From contig CM052837.1 of the NCBI GenBank assembly GCA_028534125.1, positions 36,332,001 to 36,396,000 of the forward strand: 64,000 nt of DNA. Direction: 5' to 3'. Both the position numbers and the translations under genes were made by a program. The notes below the pieces were generated by a model. That model saw only the letters and a program-made list of their open reading frames with translations, did no database searches and was not told the origin of the DNA. This stretch comes from Lama glama (Eukaryota). Positions 28,187 to 39,424 of this stretch are shown piece by piece; positions within the stretch are counted from its first letter, which is position 1, and every line of letters begins with the position of its first letter.

Positions 28187-28215
28187 GGGTGGGGTGGGGT
28201 GGGGTGGGGTGGGGT
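28187..28215 (+). repeat. (GGGGT)n run upstream of SS18L1 exon 10
   Basis: gggtggggtggggtggggtggggtggggt. Confidence 0.9.
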
Positions 28216-28273
28216 CCCGCCCTGGGCGGCCTGGGCGGGGCGCCGGCGGCCTCACGGCCTGTGTGTGTTCCAG

Positions 28274-28401
28274 GGCCCGCGCAGGGTGCCCCCTCGCAGT
28301 ACTCCGGCTACCAGCAGGGGCAGGGCCAGCAGTACGGGAGCTACAGAGCGGCCCAGACCGGCCCGGCCGCCCCGCAGCAGCGGCCCTACGGCTACGAGCA
28401 G
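28274..28401 (+). CDS. SS18L1: SS18L1 exon 10 (GC donor)
   Basis: GPAQGAPSQYSGYQQGQGQQYGSYRAAQTGPAAPQQRPYGYEQ; donor CAG|gcaagc; 128 nt. Confidence 0.92.
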
Positions 28402-29833
28402 GCAAGCCTTCCGTGTGTTTCCAGAGCGTGGGCCCCTGTGTGCCAGGCGTGACGACGGCCTCCCCTGCGGTCGCGAGGGCCAGTGAGGCGGGCGAGTTGG
28501 CTCCCAGGGTCCCTTCTGGAACGTCCGTTCTCTGAGTCTGTGAGGTCTAGAAGTCGCATCTCCGTGTGCACCTGTCAGACACCGCTGGCCGTTCACTTCC
28601 TAAACTCACTGTCGGAGGCTCGTCCCTCAGGTGTTCCCGTGTGCCCGGCAGCATCCGAGTGTCTGCCGCAGGCTTGGGGGACCCTGACCACCAGACAGTG
28701 AGAGCTTGTATCTGGTCCGACAGAGCGGACGCTCAGGGGGCCACGTTGGAGCAGCGGCGGTGGTTCTGGAGGAGGACCTGGAGGGGCAAGGGGACAAGAC
28801 ACAGGTGGCAGGGCTGGCTTAGCCCACGTCGGGGAGGCCCTCTCGGCCGAGGTGACAGTGAGTCGGGCCCTGGTGTTGCTGAGGGGACAGCGAGGGCATC
28901 AGACCTGAGCAGAGCCGCTCCTGCTCCCAGAATGGCGAGGGTCTGCCCTTCACAGGTAACGAGAGGGCCAGGAACCGAGGGTAGGAGTGAGCTGGCCATG
29001 GGGAGGCTGTGCAGAGGTCCCGAGGCCACCAGGTTTGTCACACTGGAGATGGCGAGGAAGAGGCTCGGTGGCTACAGCTCGGGGCAGGAGTCCAAGCGGC
29101 AGGGCAGGAGAATTATCCTGGGCATATTCTTGGAGACTCCTTTGAAGAGAGCCCTTGGCAAAAGCCCACTGGTGGCTTCTTGTGCTGGATCAGAGACACT
29201 AATGACAGTTCACATGGCCAATGAAATGTCAAGGCTCCACATAGATTATGGGTGCTTTTCCCAGGGAACTGAGTAGGTAAGGTCCTGTATTTTATTTTTT
29301 GAACGCTTCTTGCTCTGCTCCCTAAAGAGAGAGAATGCAACAGTTATACTTAGAGTTTCCAGCACCAAGTCAATAAGCCCAGGGAAGGGTACTTAGGGAA
29401 GTAAATGTCTTTGGCTTTTAAGAACGCAGTTCAGATGCTCCTTGTGGGCGCGCAGGACATTGAGTCTTGAAGGCAGCGCCAAGGTTGTCTGTGACTGGGA
29501 GCCAGCAGCAGGCATCCTGTGCGTGGCAGGGTCAGGGTGCAGAAGCGATGTGAGGCACCTGGCCCACCCACCGCCCTGAGCTGCTGCGTGACGGCTTGAA
29601 CGGATGCCCCCCTCCCTGATCTAAACCAGTAGCTGCAGCTTGGACGGTGGCGTTCAGAAGGGCAGTTACCTGCCTGCCCCATGGAAACTGGCAGAGGCTG
29701 TTTGTCACTTGCCTTTTATGCCCCCTTCCATCTCCCACCTGGGTACTGGCGGGGGCGGGGGGCCATCTTCCCTTCGGGTGCAGACTCTTCCGCAGGACTG
29801 TTGAGGTGTAATCGGTGTCTTGGTCTCTTGCAG

Positions 29834-29860
29834 GGCCAGTACGGAAATTACCAGCAGTAA
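29834..29860 (+). CDS. SS18L1: SS18L1 exon 11 (last coding exon)
   Basis: cag|GGCCAGTACGGAAATTACCAGCAGTAA = GQYGNYQQ*; summed CDS 1209 nt = 402 aa. Confidence 0.95.
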   Translation, partial: GQYGNYQQ

Positions 29861-32080
29861 GGGACAGCGTTCTTGTGGAGTCTCGCGATGGCATGTCCAT
29901 CTGGGGATGGACAGGCTGGGGACAGTTCTAATGAACTGCGACCCATGGGTTGCACCTCCGTCCCACGCAGCGTCTGCATGTGAAACGTGCACACCTCCTG
30001 CTGGGCATGACACTGAGCATGCACCTCTGGTGCAAGACGGCGCGCTGATGGTGTGACGTATTTGGTGCTGTGTATAGTGTTGTGCGTCTGTACAACGGGG
30101 AGCTGGTCCCTTTTGTCCCCCACCCCTGCCCCAGTGTTTCTAGCTAGCTTTAGGGGTCCTTTTGTCATCACAGTGTTCTGTGCCCAGACATGGGACACCT
30201 ACAAGATGCCATAGTCCTCGTACTCACATACACAGACCTCAGGTCTGACTCTTCCTCACGCACTTGTGCTGTGTGTAAAGCTGTCCTTCACTGGTCACAC
30301 TGCAGCTGGACACGTGCGCACGGCCCCGGGTGGCAGCCTCTTCCTGTGCCTCGATGGGGCAGGGGGACGGGGCAGGAGGCATCTTCTGTGCTTTGGGTCA
30401 GTTTCTGTTACACAGTGGAAAGGATAAACGTGCTTCATTCGGGGAGGCTGTGAACCGTTGTTTCCAGAGCTCACCCGTCACCTGTCTCTCACCAATTCTG
30501 TGTATCCAAAAAGTTACATGTTTTTGTATTAAAAGGTAAAGAGGGATCAGTGACTGTTTCCCAAGTAAATACGAACGTTCTATCAGCCTAACCCAGGGAG
30601 AGTGGAATAGCTGAAGGGAGGAGAGGGTAGTTCTCTGAAATCACTTCGGCTTTGGATCTTGTTTATCTAACGGTCATTTCTGGGATTTTAATATTTAACA
30701 TGCCCAATTCTAAATTTATAATTTAAAGTACTGATACCAAATTTTCCAAACAGTCGGCATGTTGTTTATTTTATACTGTTTCTTCCAGGACCTACTTACT
30801 CAGATCATCGAGCAGGCATTCCCTTTAGGGATATCTGAAATTCACATCTCACTTTGAAAAGGAACACCACTGATTTTATTGTGTTCTTATATTCCTAGGA
30901 CATTAAATCCCATTTAAATCCTGTGCAGACATTAAAGACAGCTCATGTGGAAAAGTCAGTTCAAAGGAAAAATTCTACATTTCACTAATAAGTCATGTGG
31001 ACATTTTATCAACCTTTACTAGTTGATAATACCCATATTTACTGTGAATCATTTAAAAACATCTTTGGCTAAATGCTGACTTATTTCCAATACAACCAGG
31101 AAAATACAAAAATATCAAGTTCTTGATTTGTCAGGTCTACTGAAGATGTTTTCAACTGTTAAGTTTTATGTTTTAAGAGTTTAAAGTAGTTCTTTATCCG
31201 GATTTGAATGCTTTTTGCTGGGACAAACCTTGACAGTCCATGCTGGGAAATAGGGACACAATGACTGTTGCTGTTTTACAAATAAAGAATCACGGCTCAG
31301 AAAAAAGACAGTCCCTGTCGGGTACAAGTCCTGTTCTAGGACATTCTCCCTCTTCTGTGGAGACAGAATCACACGTACATCGGGATGGAAGTGTTAATTT
31401 TGTAGACATATGGGTTTTAGAAACCCTTAACACTGGTAAGGGCTTACAAATACGTGTCTGTATTAAATGACTGAAATGAGAATTCTTAGCCACTGAACGA
31501 CACAGACACTAGCAGTTTCATTTAGGGAGTCACCTCCCTTGATTTGGTTCTATTCTTTCCTGAGAGTTTTCATAAAACTAATTTGCAAACCCAATCGGGG
31601 ATTCAACTTTCCCTGTTGAAAATGTTAAACATTTCAGATAACTGTGAAAATAGTTAATTTTTGTTCCTTGCCAATGTGGAACATGCCTTTTATGTTTTTT
31701 TCTTTGTAAGTGCTGTATTAATACTTTTGGAAGGAAAAGGACACTTAAAAAACTTATCCCAGAACTTCAATCTGAAATGTCTTACATTAAGAAATTTCTT
31801 GAATGTTGTGTATATATTTTAAAAAGCACTTTGTGAAATAGTTTGTACATTTATTTCTTAATTTATACATGATTTTGGGTGTTAATATATTTAATGATTA
31901 ATAACAGAATGTTTATTTAATGTGTTGTCCATTTTTATGTAATATCGTGGGGAAAGGTGATGCCAGCAGTTCTTTTTCATTAATTGTATTATATCTTCTC
32001 TTCTGTAACATGAATGTTTGCAAAAGCTTAGGCTAAAATGAATTGTTTGTGCAGCGTGGTTAATGTTTTGCTTTTTCACG
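29861..32080 (+). other. SS18L1: SS18L1 3'UTR (3' end approximate)
   Basis: Follows the stop codon; AU-rich; AATAAA at 31281-31286 and several ATTAAA. Confidence 0.65.
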
Positions 32081-32336
32081 ACTACGTCCACGGTGGAGGC
32101 CAGTGAAGGTGGAAGGAAGACTTGGAAACCGATGCTAGTCTTCCTCCTCTTGCCCCGACGCCCAGCAGTTGGGGGGTCTGAGAAATGACCGCTCTCGAAG
32201 TGAGGCGAGCCGAGGGCCCCCGCGGGTGGGCGCTAGACCCAGCCGCCCGAGACCAAGCAGTGGGAGGCTGGGGCGGAGGACAGGGGAGTACTCGGGCGGT
32301 TAGGGGAGTCCGGTCACTGGGGGGTGGGGTGCGTAC

Positions 32337-32692
32337 AGGGGAGTCCGGGCACTCCTCGAGAGTCAGGGGGGTCCGGGCACTCCTCGGGGGTCAGGGGACT
32401 CCGGGCATTCCTCGGGGGTCAAGGGGGTCCGGGCACTCCTCGGGGAGACGTCTGGGGAGTCCAGGCACTCGGGGGTCAGGGGAGTCCGGGCACTCCTCGG
32501 GGAGACGTCTGGGGAGTCCGAGCACTCGGGGGTCAGGGGAGTCCGGGCACTCCTCGGGGGTCAGGGGGGTCCGGGCACTCCTCGGGGGTCAGGGGGGTCC
32601 GGGCACTCCTCGGGGAGACGTCTGGGGAGTCCAGGCACTCGGGGGTCAGGGGAGTCCGGGCACTCCTCGGGGGTCTGGGGAGTCCGGGCACT
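32337..32692. repeat. G-rich 28/29-bp minisatellite, ~13 units
   Basis: Interspersed units gggggtcaggggagtccgggcactcctc and ggggagacgtctggggagtccaggcactc. Confidence 0.95.
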
Positions 32693-33082
32693 CAGGGGAC
32701 ATAACCGCGCACGGCCGGGCTTCTTCCACGAGGCCTGACCGCGGGGCGACCCCGGGCTCGGACACAGGGAGGCCGGGCCTCCGCTTCCGTGTACAGAGCA
32801 GTCCAGGTCGTCTTATTTGTGAGCACACGCGTCCTCTGACAATCATCCCACGGGGTCGTTTCTTTTTTCGGTCGGAGTTTGGCGTCTAGGTTGTTTGTGC
32901 TTTTGGTGTGATCGATTTATAAACTGGTTCTTCGAAAACCAGCCCGGGAGGTGAGTTTTCCTGGGGTGATGGGGGTGTGGCCGTCCTCGCGCCCGCCACC
33001 CACAGGACCCTGGCCCCCTGGGTGCGGACGAGGACCAGAACCAGGAGCAGGACCATCACACCGGGTAGGGACAGGGCCCTCC

Positions 33083-33152
33083 GCACATGCGCGCTGGGGC
33101 GGGGCCGACCCCGGAAGTGGTCCCAGCGGAGGCCCGGCCCCGGAAGTGACGT
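33083..33152 (+). promoter_or_regulatory. MTG2 core promoter: NRF1-like site, GC box, two ETS/GABP sites, ETS-CRE composite
   Basis: gcacatgcgcgc 33083-33094, ggggcgggg 33096-33104, ccggaagt 33111-33118, ccggaagtgacgt 33140-33152; within CpG island ~32700-33600; donor agg|gtgagt at 33164 fits a non-coding exon 1. Confidence 0.75.
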
Positions 33153-33819
33153 GCCCTCCGAGGGTGAGTGCGGGCGCGCGGACGGGGAACCGGGTGGCCG
33201 GGGACCTGGGGACGGGCGACGCGGCGCGGGCTGAGCGCCCCCTGGGGACCGCGGCCGCGCTCGGGCTCTGCCCCGCCTGAGCGCACGGCCGGCCGGCTCC
33301 AGACTTCCCGGGACTGGGGTCCCGCTGGATGTTGCTTCATCGTGTCCGCTCCGTGGTGAAGCCGTCACCCGACAGGGGCGGCGTTTACTGCGAGCGCCGC
33401 TCTCGGACGGGCCGGCTGCCTGCGCCTGCGTCCGGTCCGCGGCGGGCTTCGCACGTGAGACGGCTCGGTGCCGGTCCGCTCGGTGCCGGCCCGCGCGCCC
33501 GCACGCCCTCGCTGCCGCCGCCGTCGGTCTGCGGTGTCCGCCGGCGCGCAGGCGGGTGAGGCGCTCTCGGGGCCGCGTCCCCAGAGTGGGTCTTTGTGAA
33601 GGAGAGGACCCTCCCTGAGAGAAGGGGAAAGGAGGACACTGTTTTAAAGGCGGGTCATTTCTCAGGCAGATGTTTTAGCAGAGAAAATATGTCAGAAGTT
33701 AAGGAGCACGAGGTTGATTCTTTTAAATTATCCTGCCTTGGTTCCCTTGGGCGGTGGTCGCGTGAGCATACCTCAGGGAGACGAGTCCTGTGAAGTGCAG
33801 GTGCAGCGCTGTGCCGGAG

Positions 33820-33950
33820 GACGCTGTGTGACTTTAGGAGCAAGTGAACATCCTCTGAGTCTCAGCCTCCGCCGCTTTAAAATGAGCATTAACATGTAAG
33901 GATCAGAAATCATGATGCCGTCCCCTTAGGATAATTTAAGGAGGATTTGT
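33820..33950 (+). mobile_element. MIR SINE fragment
   Basis: gctgtgtgactttagg...ctctgagtctcagc...taaaatgag. Confidence 0.5.
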
Positions 33951-34609
33951 AAAGGCCCTACATGTGTCGGAGGGAGGGTGCAGGGGAGCAGCAGAGTTGG
34001 TGTTTTATCCTGGAGCTGGTGATGGTGGAGTTGCTTCCAACCCCTCGACCCAGAGGGTAAAGGAGGGGCGGTCACCAGGACCCGGAGAGAGCATTACAGA
34101 CTAGAGGTGTGACCTTCAGTCTGGGGATTTGAGAAGGGCAGGGGGTCAGCGTCCCGCCCTGCTGCTCCTCCTCCAGCCTCTGGCTGAGGGCGAGGTAGTG
34201 AGGGTAGCCTTGCTGGGTAGGCTCTTGAAACAGCAGGGTGGAAAGGGGTCCTAGAAAAGCAAGTGGAAAATCCCCAGCATGCAGGATTACCCTTCCTAGG
34301 GTTGTTGTAAGGAATACATTTTAAAATTTCTGTAGAAATAATTTAAAGGTGGCTCCTGGCAAATATAATGTGTCTGGAGCAGGAGAACTGAGGTAACACT
34401 TCATAGAACAAAGTGGAGCCCGTGCGCGCACCAAGAGCCTCTCAGCATTTTTAAAGCTCCGTCCTGTGGCGGTGAGCTGCGTCCTGCCCTGGACCCTGGG
34501 CTTTCACCGCCCCCGCCCTCTATGCTCCGCTGAACTGGGACCGGGGAACAGATGCTCCTAGGAGGAGTTCTGAGTTCATTTTTCTGAGCTCCCGCGGCAC
34601 AGTAACAAC

Positions 34610-34920
34610 CAGCGCTGTCCAGCAGAACTTTCTGGAATGGTGGAAACGTTCTCATCTGTGCTGTCCAATCTGGTACCCACTGGCCACATGTGGCTGTGAG
34701 CACTGGAAATGTGGCTTGAGGGACTGAATGTTTATGTTTAAAGTTTTTAATTTAGGGGGGATGGGTATAGCTCAGTGCATGCCTAGCATGCAGGAGGTCC
34801 TGAGTTGAATCCCCAGTACTTCCATTAAAAGTTAAATCAGTTTTTAAAAATATTTTAAAAATTTTTAGTTAATTTAAACTTAGCACACGTGGCTATTAAT
34901 TACCTTACTGGACAACACAA
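34610..34920. mobile_element. MER3 hAT MITE interrupted by a SINE
   Basis: cagcgctgtccagcagaactttctgg...ggccacatgtggctgtgagcactggaaatgtggct ... cacgtggcta...ggacaacac. Confidence 0.75.
34755..34850 (+). mobile_element. tRNA-derived SINE (Vic-1-like)
   Basis: gggtatagctcagtgcatgcctagcatgcaggaggtcctgagttgaatccccagtac followed by an A-rich tail. Confidence 0.75.
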
Positions 34921-35129
34921 GCATAGTGTTAGGAGGGAAAGAAAGACCAGAGAGCAGTGTGAGACGAAGCTGGACTTGTTCGCCTGGCAGGGGAGAGCCA
35001 TGCATGTGCTCAGCAGGTTTTTCAAACAGAAACTGAAAAGGCAAAAAGGAGGGAGTACTCCAAGATTCAGAGTGTCAGGATTCAGAGTTCAGGTCTCTGG
35101 TTGGCTTTCCAGTTAACTGATCACCTCTT

Positions 35130-35830
35130 CCATTGGTCTCCTTCAGGTTTTGTGTTGAGAAGCCTGGTTTTCAGCACAGCTGGGGACAGATTGCACTTCT
35201 TTTCCAGTTTCTTGACTTGAAACCTTACATTATTGATTTTAGTTCTTTCCTCTCCACTGATAGAAGCATTCAGAGCCAAGTTTCCCTCTAAGCAGTGCGT
35301 TAGCTGCTCCCCGTGGTTGTGGGTAAGTTGTACTTTCATTGTCATTCAGTTTGAAATCTTTTTAAATTTCTGCTTGATTTCTTTTACTTACTGAATTGTT
35401 CAGAAGTTTTGTTTAATTTCCAGGTAGTTGGGGTTTTCCTAGATACATTATACTTACTGACTTCCGTTCTGCTGCGGTTAGAGAATACACTCAGTATGTG
35501 TGATTCCTGTCCTTTTAAACTTACTGAAACGTCTCGTATGAGCCACGGTACGGTCATAGTGAGTGTCCCACTGCACCTGCAGACAGTGTAGGTTCTGCAG
35601 TTACTGGGGGTGCTGGCCTGTGAGCGTCAGCTAGATCAAGACTGTTGGTAAGCGCTGTTTGGATTTTCTTGTCTCGGACTGTCTTTGATTGCTTGTTGTG
35701 CATTTCCACTTCTTCCAGAGAGAGCAGTGTTACAGTTTCCTACCATCATTGTGGAATGATCTGTTTCTCTTTAATTCTATCAAATTTTGCTTTCTATATT
35801 TTGAATCTCTTCCTAGGCTTATGCACATTT
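35130..35830 (-). mobile_element. Old L1M fragment
   Basis: T-rich decayed L1 ORF2-type sequence; minus strand translates to KINNVRFQVKKLEK, like L1 ORF2. Confidence 0.6.
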
Positions 35831-35854
35831 TTGCCTTTTCAGTTTCTGTCTGAG

Positions 35855-35940
35855 GCAGAACTTTCTGGAATGGTGGAAACGTTCTCATCTGTGCTGTCCA
35901 ATCTGGTACCCACTGGCCACATGTGGCTGTGAGCACTGGA
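35855..35940 (+). repeat. Exact 86-bp duplicate of 34622-34707
   Basis: Identical on manual base-by-base comparison. Confidence 0.95.
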
Positions 35941-35975
35941 TGCCTTATTGCCAATTTGCCTTTTGTTAAGGAGCC

Positions 35976-36140
35976 ATGGCATCTTTGAGGCTTTTCTCAG
36001 CAAGCCCCCGGGCCGTGTTGGAGGGTCTGGGATGCTGGACCTTGCGGCCCGCCTCCCCCCGGCTGTTCTCGCTCTGCTGTGTGGACTGCGCCAAGCACCA
36101 GGAATCCCCCGGAAAGAAACTGCTCTCTGAGAAAAAACTG
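35976..36140 (+). CDS. MTG2: Mitochondrial ribosome-associated GTPase 2, first coding exon
   Basis: aag|gagccATGG Kozak context; MASLRLFSASPR...KHQESPGKKLLSEKKL; gtgaga donor; 165 nt. Confidence 0.9.
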
Positions 36141-37623
36141 GTGAGACCTCTGTCCTTGAAGGAGTTTGCCTGCAGTACCCTTGGAAGGCATAGGACGTGT
36201 GTGAGCTCTCATGGTCTTGTCTCAGTGAGGTTATTGAAGGGACGCACGGAGCGCCTTGAAAATGAGGAGCTCAGGTGAAGGCCCGTGGGTGCCAAATGCT
36301 CTGTGAGCTGAGAACTACAGCGGACCGGGGACGGGGCTCCAAGCGCCAGAAGTGCCGAGCGGCTCTCCCTTCGCCAGGAGGGCACGCGGGCGCTTGTTCC
36401 CCAAGCCTGTGTCTGAAACCCTCCTGTATGTGAGTGGCCTTTAAGTTACGACACCCGGGGACATAGGCCTTTCATTTTATAGTTCTCAAAGCCTTACACG
36501 TTTTTCTGTTCTGTTTGCCAGAACCTTCTATTTAAGATGTGAATGATCTTTAATTGAATTTAAGGAACTGCGTGTTTGTGGCCCGCTTTGTCTCTGCCTG
36601 AGGGGGGCTCCGGATAAGCCTCTTGAGGACGACAGCACTTGCTGTGGGAAAGCCCTTGGCAGTCGGTGGGTGAGGCTCAGATCTCAAGTTTCCCCACGTT
36701 TTGTCTCTTCCTGGACGTAGAAATTGGGTTGAAGTTTTACCTTCCGTGCAGCGCTCATCAGTGGTGCCTTCTTCACGTCCAGTTGATTTCAATTATGCTC
36801 AGAATTAGACGCTGAGTTTCTGAAATAGTAATTCATGGTTTTTCCATGTGGTGGTGCTAGAGCATCTTAAGAAGCACTGTGTACTTCTAAAAAAATCTGC
36901 TTAAGGAGTAGTGGATGGAAATCCCACTGCCCTGGGCCCCACCCCATCTCCCTGTGCGCACCTGCCAGAAGCAGGCAGGGACACCGCGCCGGGGCGCTTC
37001 CCCGCGGCTGCGTCCTGGCACGCCAGGCAGCTGGACTTGTGAGTGTTTGTTGAACGCTCACCTGGTTAGTTCCAGACGTTTGGGTGGGTTGTGTCTCCCT
37101 TAGGGACCCGGAGACGAGCTTGCTCTCAGGTACGGGTCTGCGTTACCACATTTAACGAGCAAACACGTCCTGTTTAGTCCTTCCCAGCTGGGAGCCTGCT
37201 GATCCCGGGGACTCACCCTCACCCTCGTTGTCTCCTCCTGGGAGCAGAGCTCTCTCTCCGTTAGTAAAGACCTGTTAGTTCACAGATGTGTTTCTCTTTG
37301 AAAAAAGCTGGGAAGACACTTTACTTAAGGAGTATTTCCTCAACCGTGTTTTATTTAGGTTAGTGTCAAGTCCGTCACTGGGGTGTGTCTTCCGTGCTGA
37401 CGACGTTTCACATCTGCATGTTTGATTTAGATTTGTCTACAAATAGCTGTGACTTGTGGGGACTCTTTCTTGTATTTGCGTTTTAGGAGACAGTAGTGAT
37501 GTTAATACCATTAGCTTCTAATTAAAGCCTGTCACAGGTAAAAAAGGGACATTTCAAATGGCTGCTTGGTTCTTGAAAGGACTACAGGGCTGATCAGACC
37601 AGTGCACCTTATACTCTCTGCAG

Positions 37624-37771
37624 AAAAGGCACTTTGTGGACCACCGCCGCGTGCTTGTCCGTGGGGGGCGCGGAGGCGATGGGGTGACCTGCTTCCACAG
37701 CGAACCCCGGAAGGAGTTTGGAGGCCCCGACGGTGGCGACGGAGGCAGCGGCGGCGCCGTCATCCTGAGAG
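37624..37771 (+). CDS. MTG2: MTG2 coding exon 2 (Obg fold; GC donor)
   Basis: KRHFVDHRRVLVRGGRGGDG...FGGPDGGDGGSGGAVILR; donor AG|gcaggt is required for frame; 148 nt. Confidence 0.92.
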
Positions 37772-38348
37772 GCAGGTGCCTGGGGTGGCGCGGGGCAGTG
37801 GCCGTGTCTGCATGTCTCGGGGGATGTTCCCACCTTCTCATCCCAACAGGAATTTGAATTCAAAAGTTGATGTGGACGCATCCTTGTATTAAATTCTGTG
37901 GATGTTCACAACTAAATAATCCACTGGAAACCAGTGTGGATGGTTTGCTTGTTTTTAATTTCAGGAGCGTGAGGTAGTTTACTTCTGGGGATCCAGCATT
38001 CTGGTTCTGTTTGTCAGAGGCTTCAGTCGGCTCCTGACTCAGTGAGGGCTGAGGGCATGATGGCTTCCGGCATCAGCAAACCAGTAAACCAGTACACCAA
38101 ATAGCCACTCCCAGCATGATAAAGTACAGCTAGTTTCAGATTGGTAATGACATCATGGGTAATTTAGAATGTTTTGGAAATTGTAGTATTTTTTTAAAGT
38201 AAGAATTTCACTTTTTAAAAAGATCACACTACACCACGTTCCCATGTGCGTTCTGAACGTTCTTGGACTGAACGAGAGAAACTTAACCACGGGGGATGGT
38301 TCTGCTGTGAGCACAGAGGAAGGTGACGCTCCTTGCTCTGACTTCTAG

Positions 38349-38464
38349 CTGACCGACAGGTGAAGTCGCTGTCATCGGTCCTGTCGCGGTACCAGGGACT
38401 CGACGGGGAGAATGGTGGCAGGAAGAACTGCTTTGGGCGAAGCGGCGGGCCCCTGCACATCCGG
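38349..38464 (+). CDS. MTG2: MTG2 coding exon 3
   Basis: ADRQVKSLSSVLSRYQGLDGENGGRKNCFGRSGGPLHIR; tag/gtaggt; 116 nt. Confidence 0.94.
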
Positions 38465-38961
38465 GTAGGTGGCTGCAGAGCCTGCTGTCCCGTACCGGCT
38501 CCCAGGTCCCGCCATGTGGTCGGGGTGGCCTTCCCTTGGCTTGAAATACGCCTGACCTCCTCAGAGCAACCCTGGACAGGACTTTGTGCTGATTTCATAC
38601 CACATGCGTGTGTGACCAGCTCACAAAATCATCAGACAATTGGGTTTCACAAAGGGGACCCATGAGCACCCCCTGCCCCGACCCTCTTGGGGCTCCTCCC
38701 TGTGAATGGAGGGCTTGTGCCTCCCTCAGCGTTTCCCTCATTTTCCGGATGCTTCTCTTCATCCTGATGTTCCAGAAGCACGGTTTGGAAAAGCAGTGTA
38801 TGTGATGTACGTGGTATGCCTGGAGTGCCTGGGTGTAGGCAGCCCTGCAGGGTCTCTTTAGGGCCAGGACCTTCTCCTGGGACTTTGTGCCTCTGTGAAG
38901 GGGCGCTCAGTCCTGCCCCCTCTCCTCCTGGTCTCCCGATAAGCACTTTGTTATTTTTTAG

Positions 38962-39180
38962 GTCCCCGTGGGCACACTGGTGAAGGAGGGGAGTGAAGTC
39001 CTGGCTGACCTCTCGCACCCGGGCGACGAATACATCGCGGCTCTGGGCGGGGCAGGAGGGAAGGGCAACCGCTTCTTCCTGGCCAACGACAACCGTGCAC
39101 CCACGACTTGTACCCCCGGGCAGCCCGGCCAGGAGCGCATCCTCTTCCTGGAGCTCAAGACAGTGGCCCATGCTGGGATG
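38962..39180 (+). CDS. MTG2: MTG2 coding exon 4
   Basis: VPVGTLVKEG...GGAGGKGNRFF...LELKTVAHAGM; tag/gtgggt; 219 nt. Confidence 0.96.
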
Positions 39181-39424
39181 GTGGGTGTCACCTGAAGCCC
39201 CGGGCGGGAGGCGGTGGCACCTTCCACATGCTGAGCGGGAGGACGCCTGCTGTCCCAGTGCGGGTCACGCCACCTGGAAGAGGGCGAGGGCTGGTTAGCA
39301 GACTTCCTCCGCCAGCACCCTGTTGGCTTTGTCAGGAGCCTCCTCCCATCGTCCTCTGTCCTGAGGTCCCGGCCTTGGTCAGTCGCAGACTCTGCAGTGA
39401 CAGAGCGTCCTAACTCTCTCCCAG

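Noticed and set aside
32185-32889. 234-aa Gly/Ser/Arg-rich ORF
   Set aside because: Translation of the minisatellite
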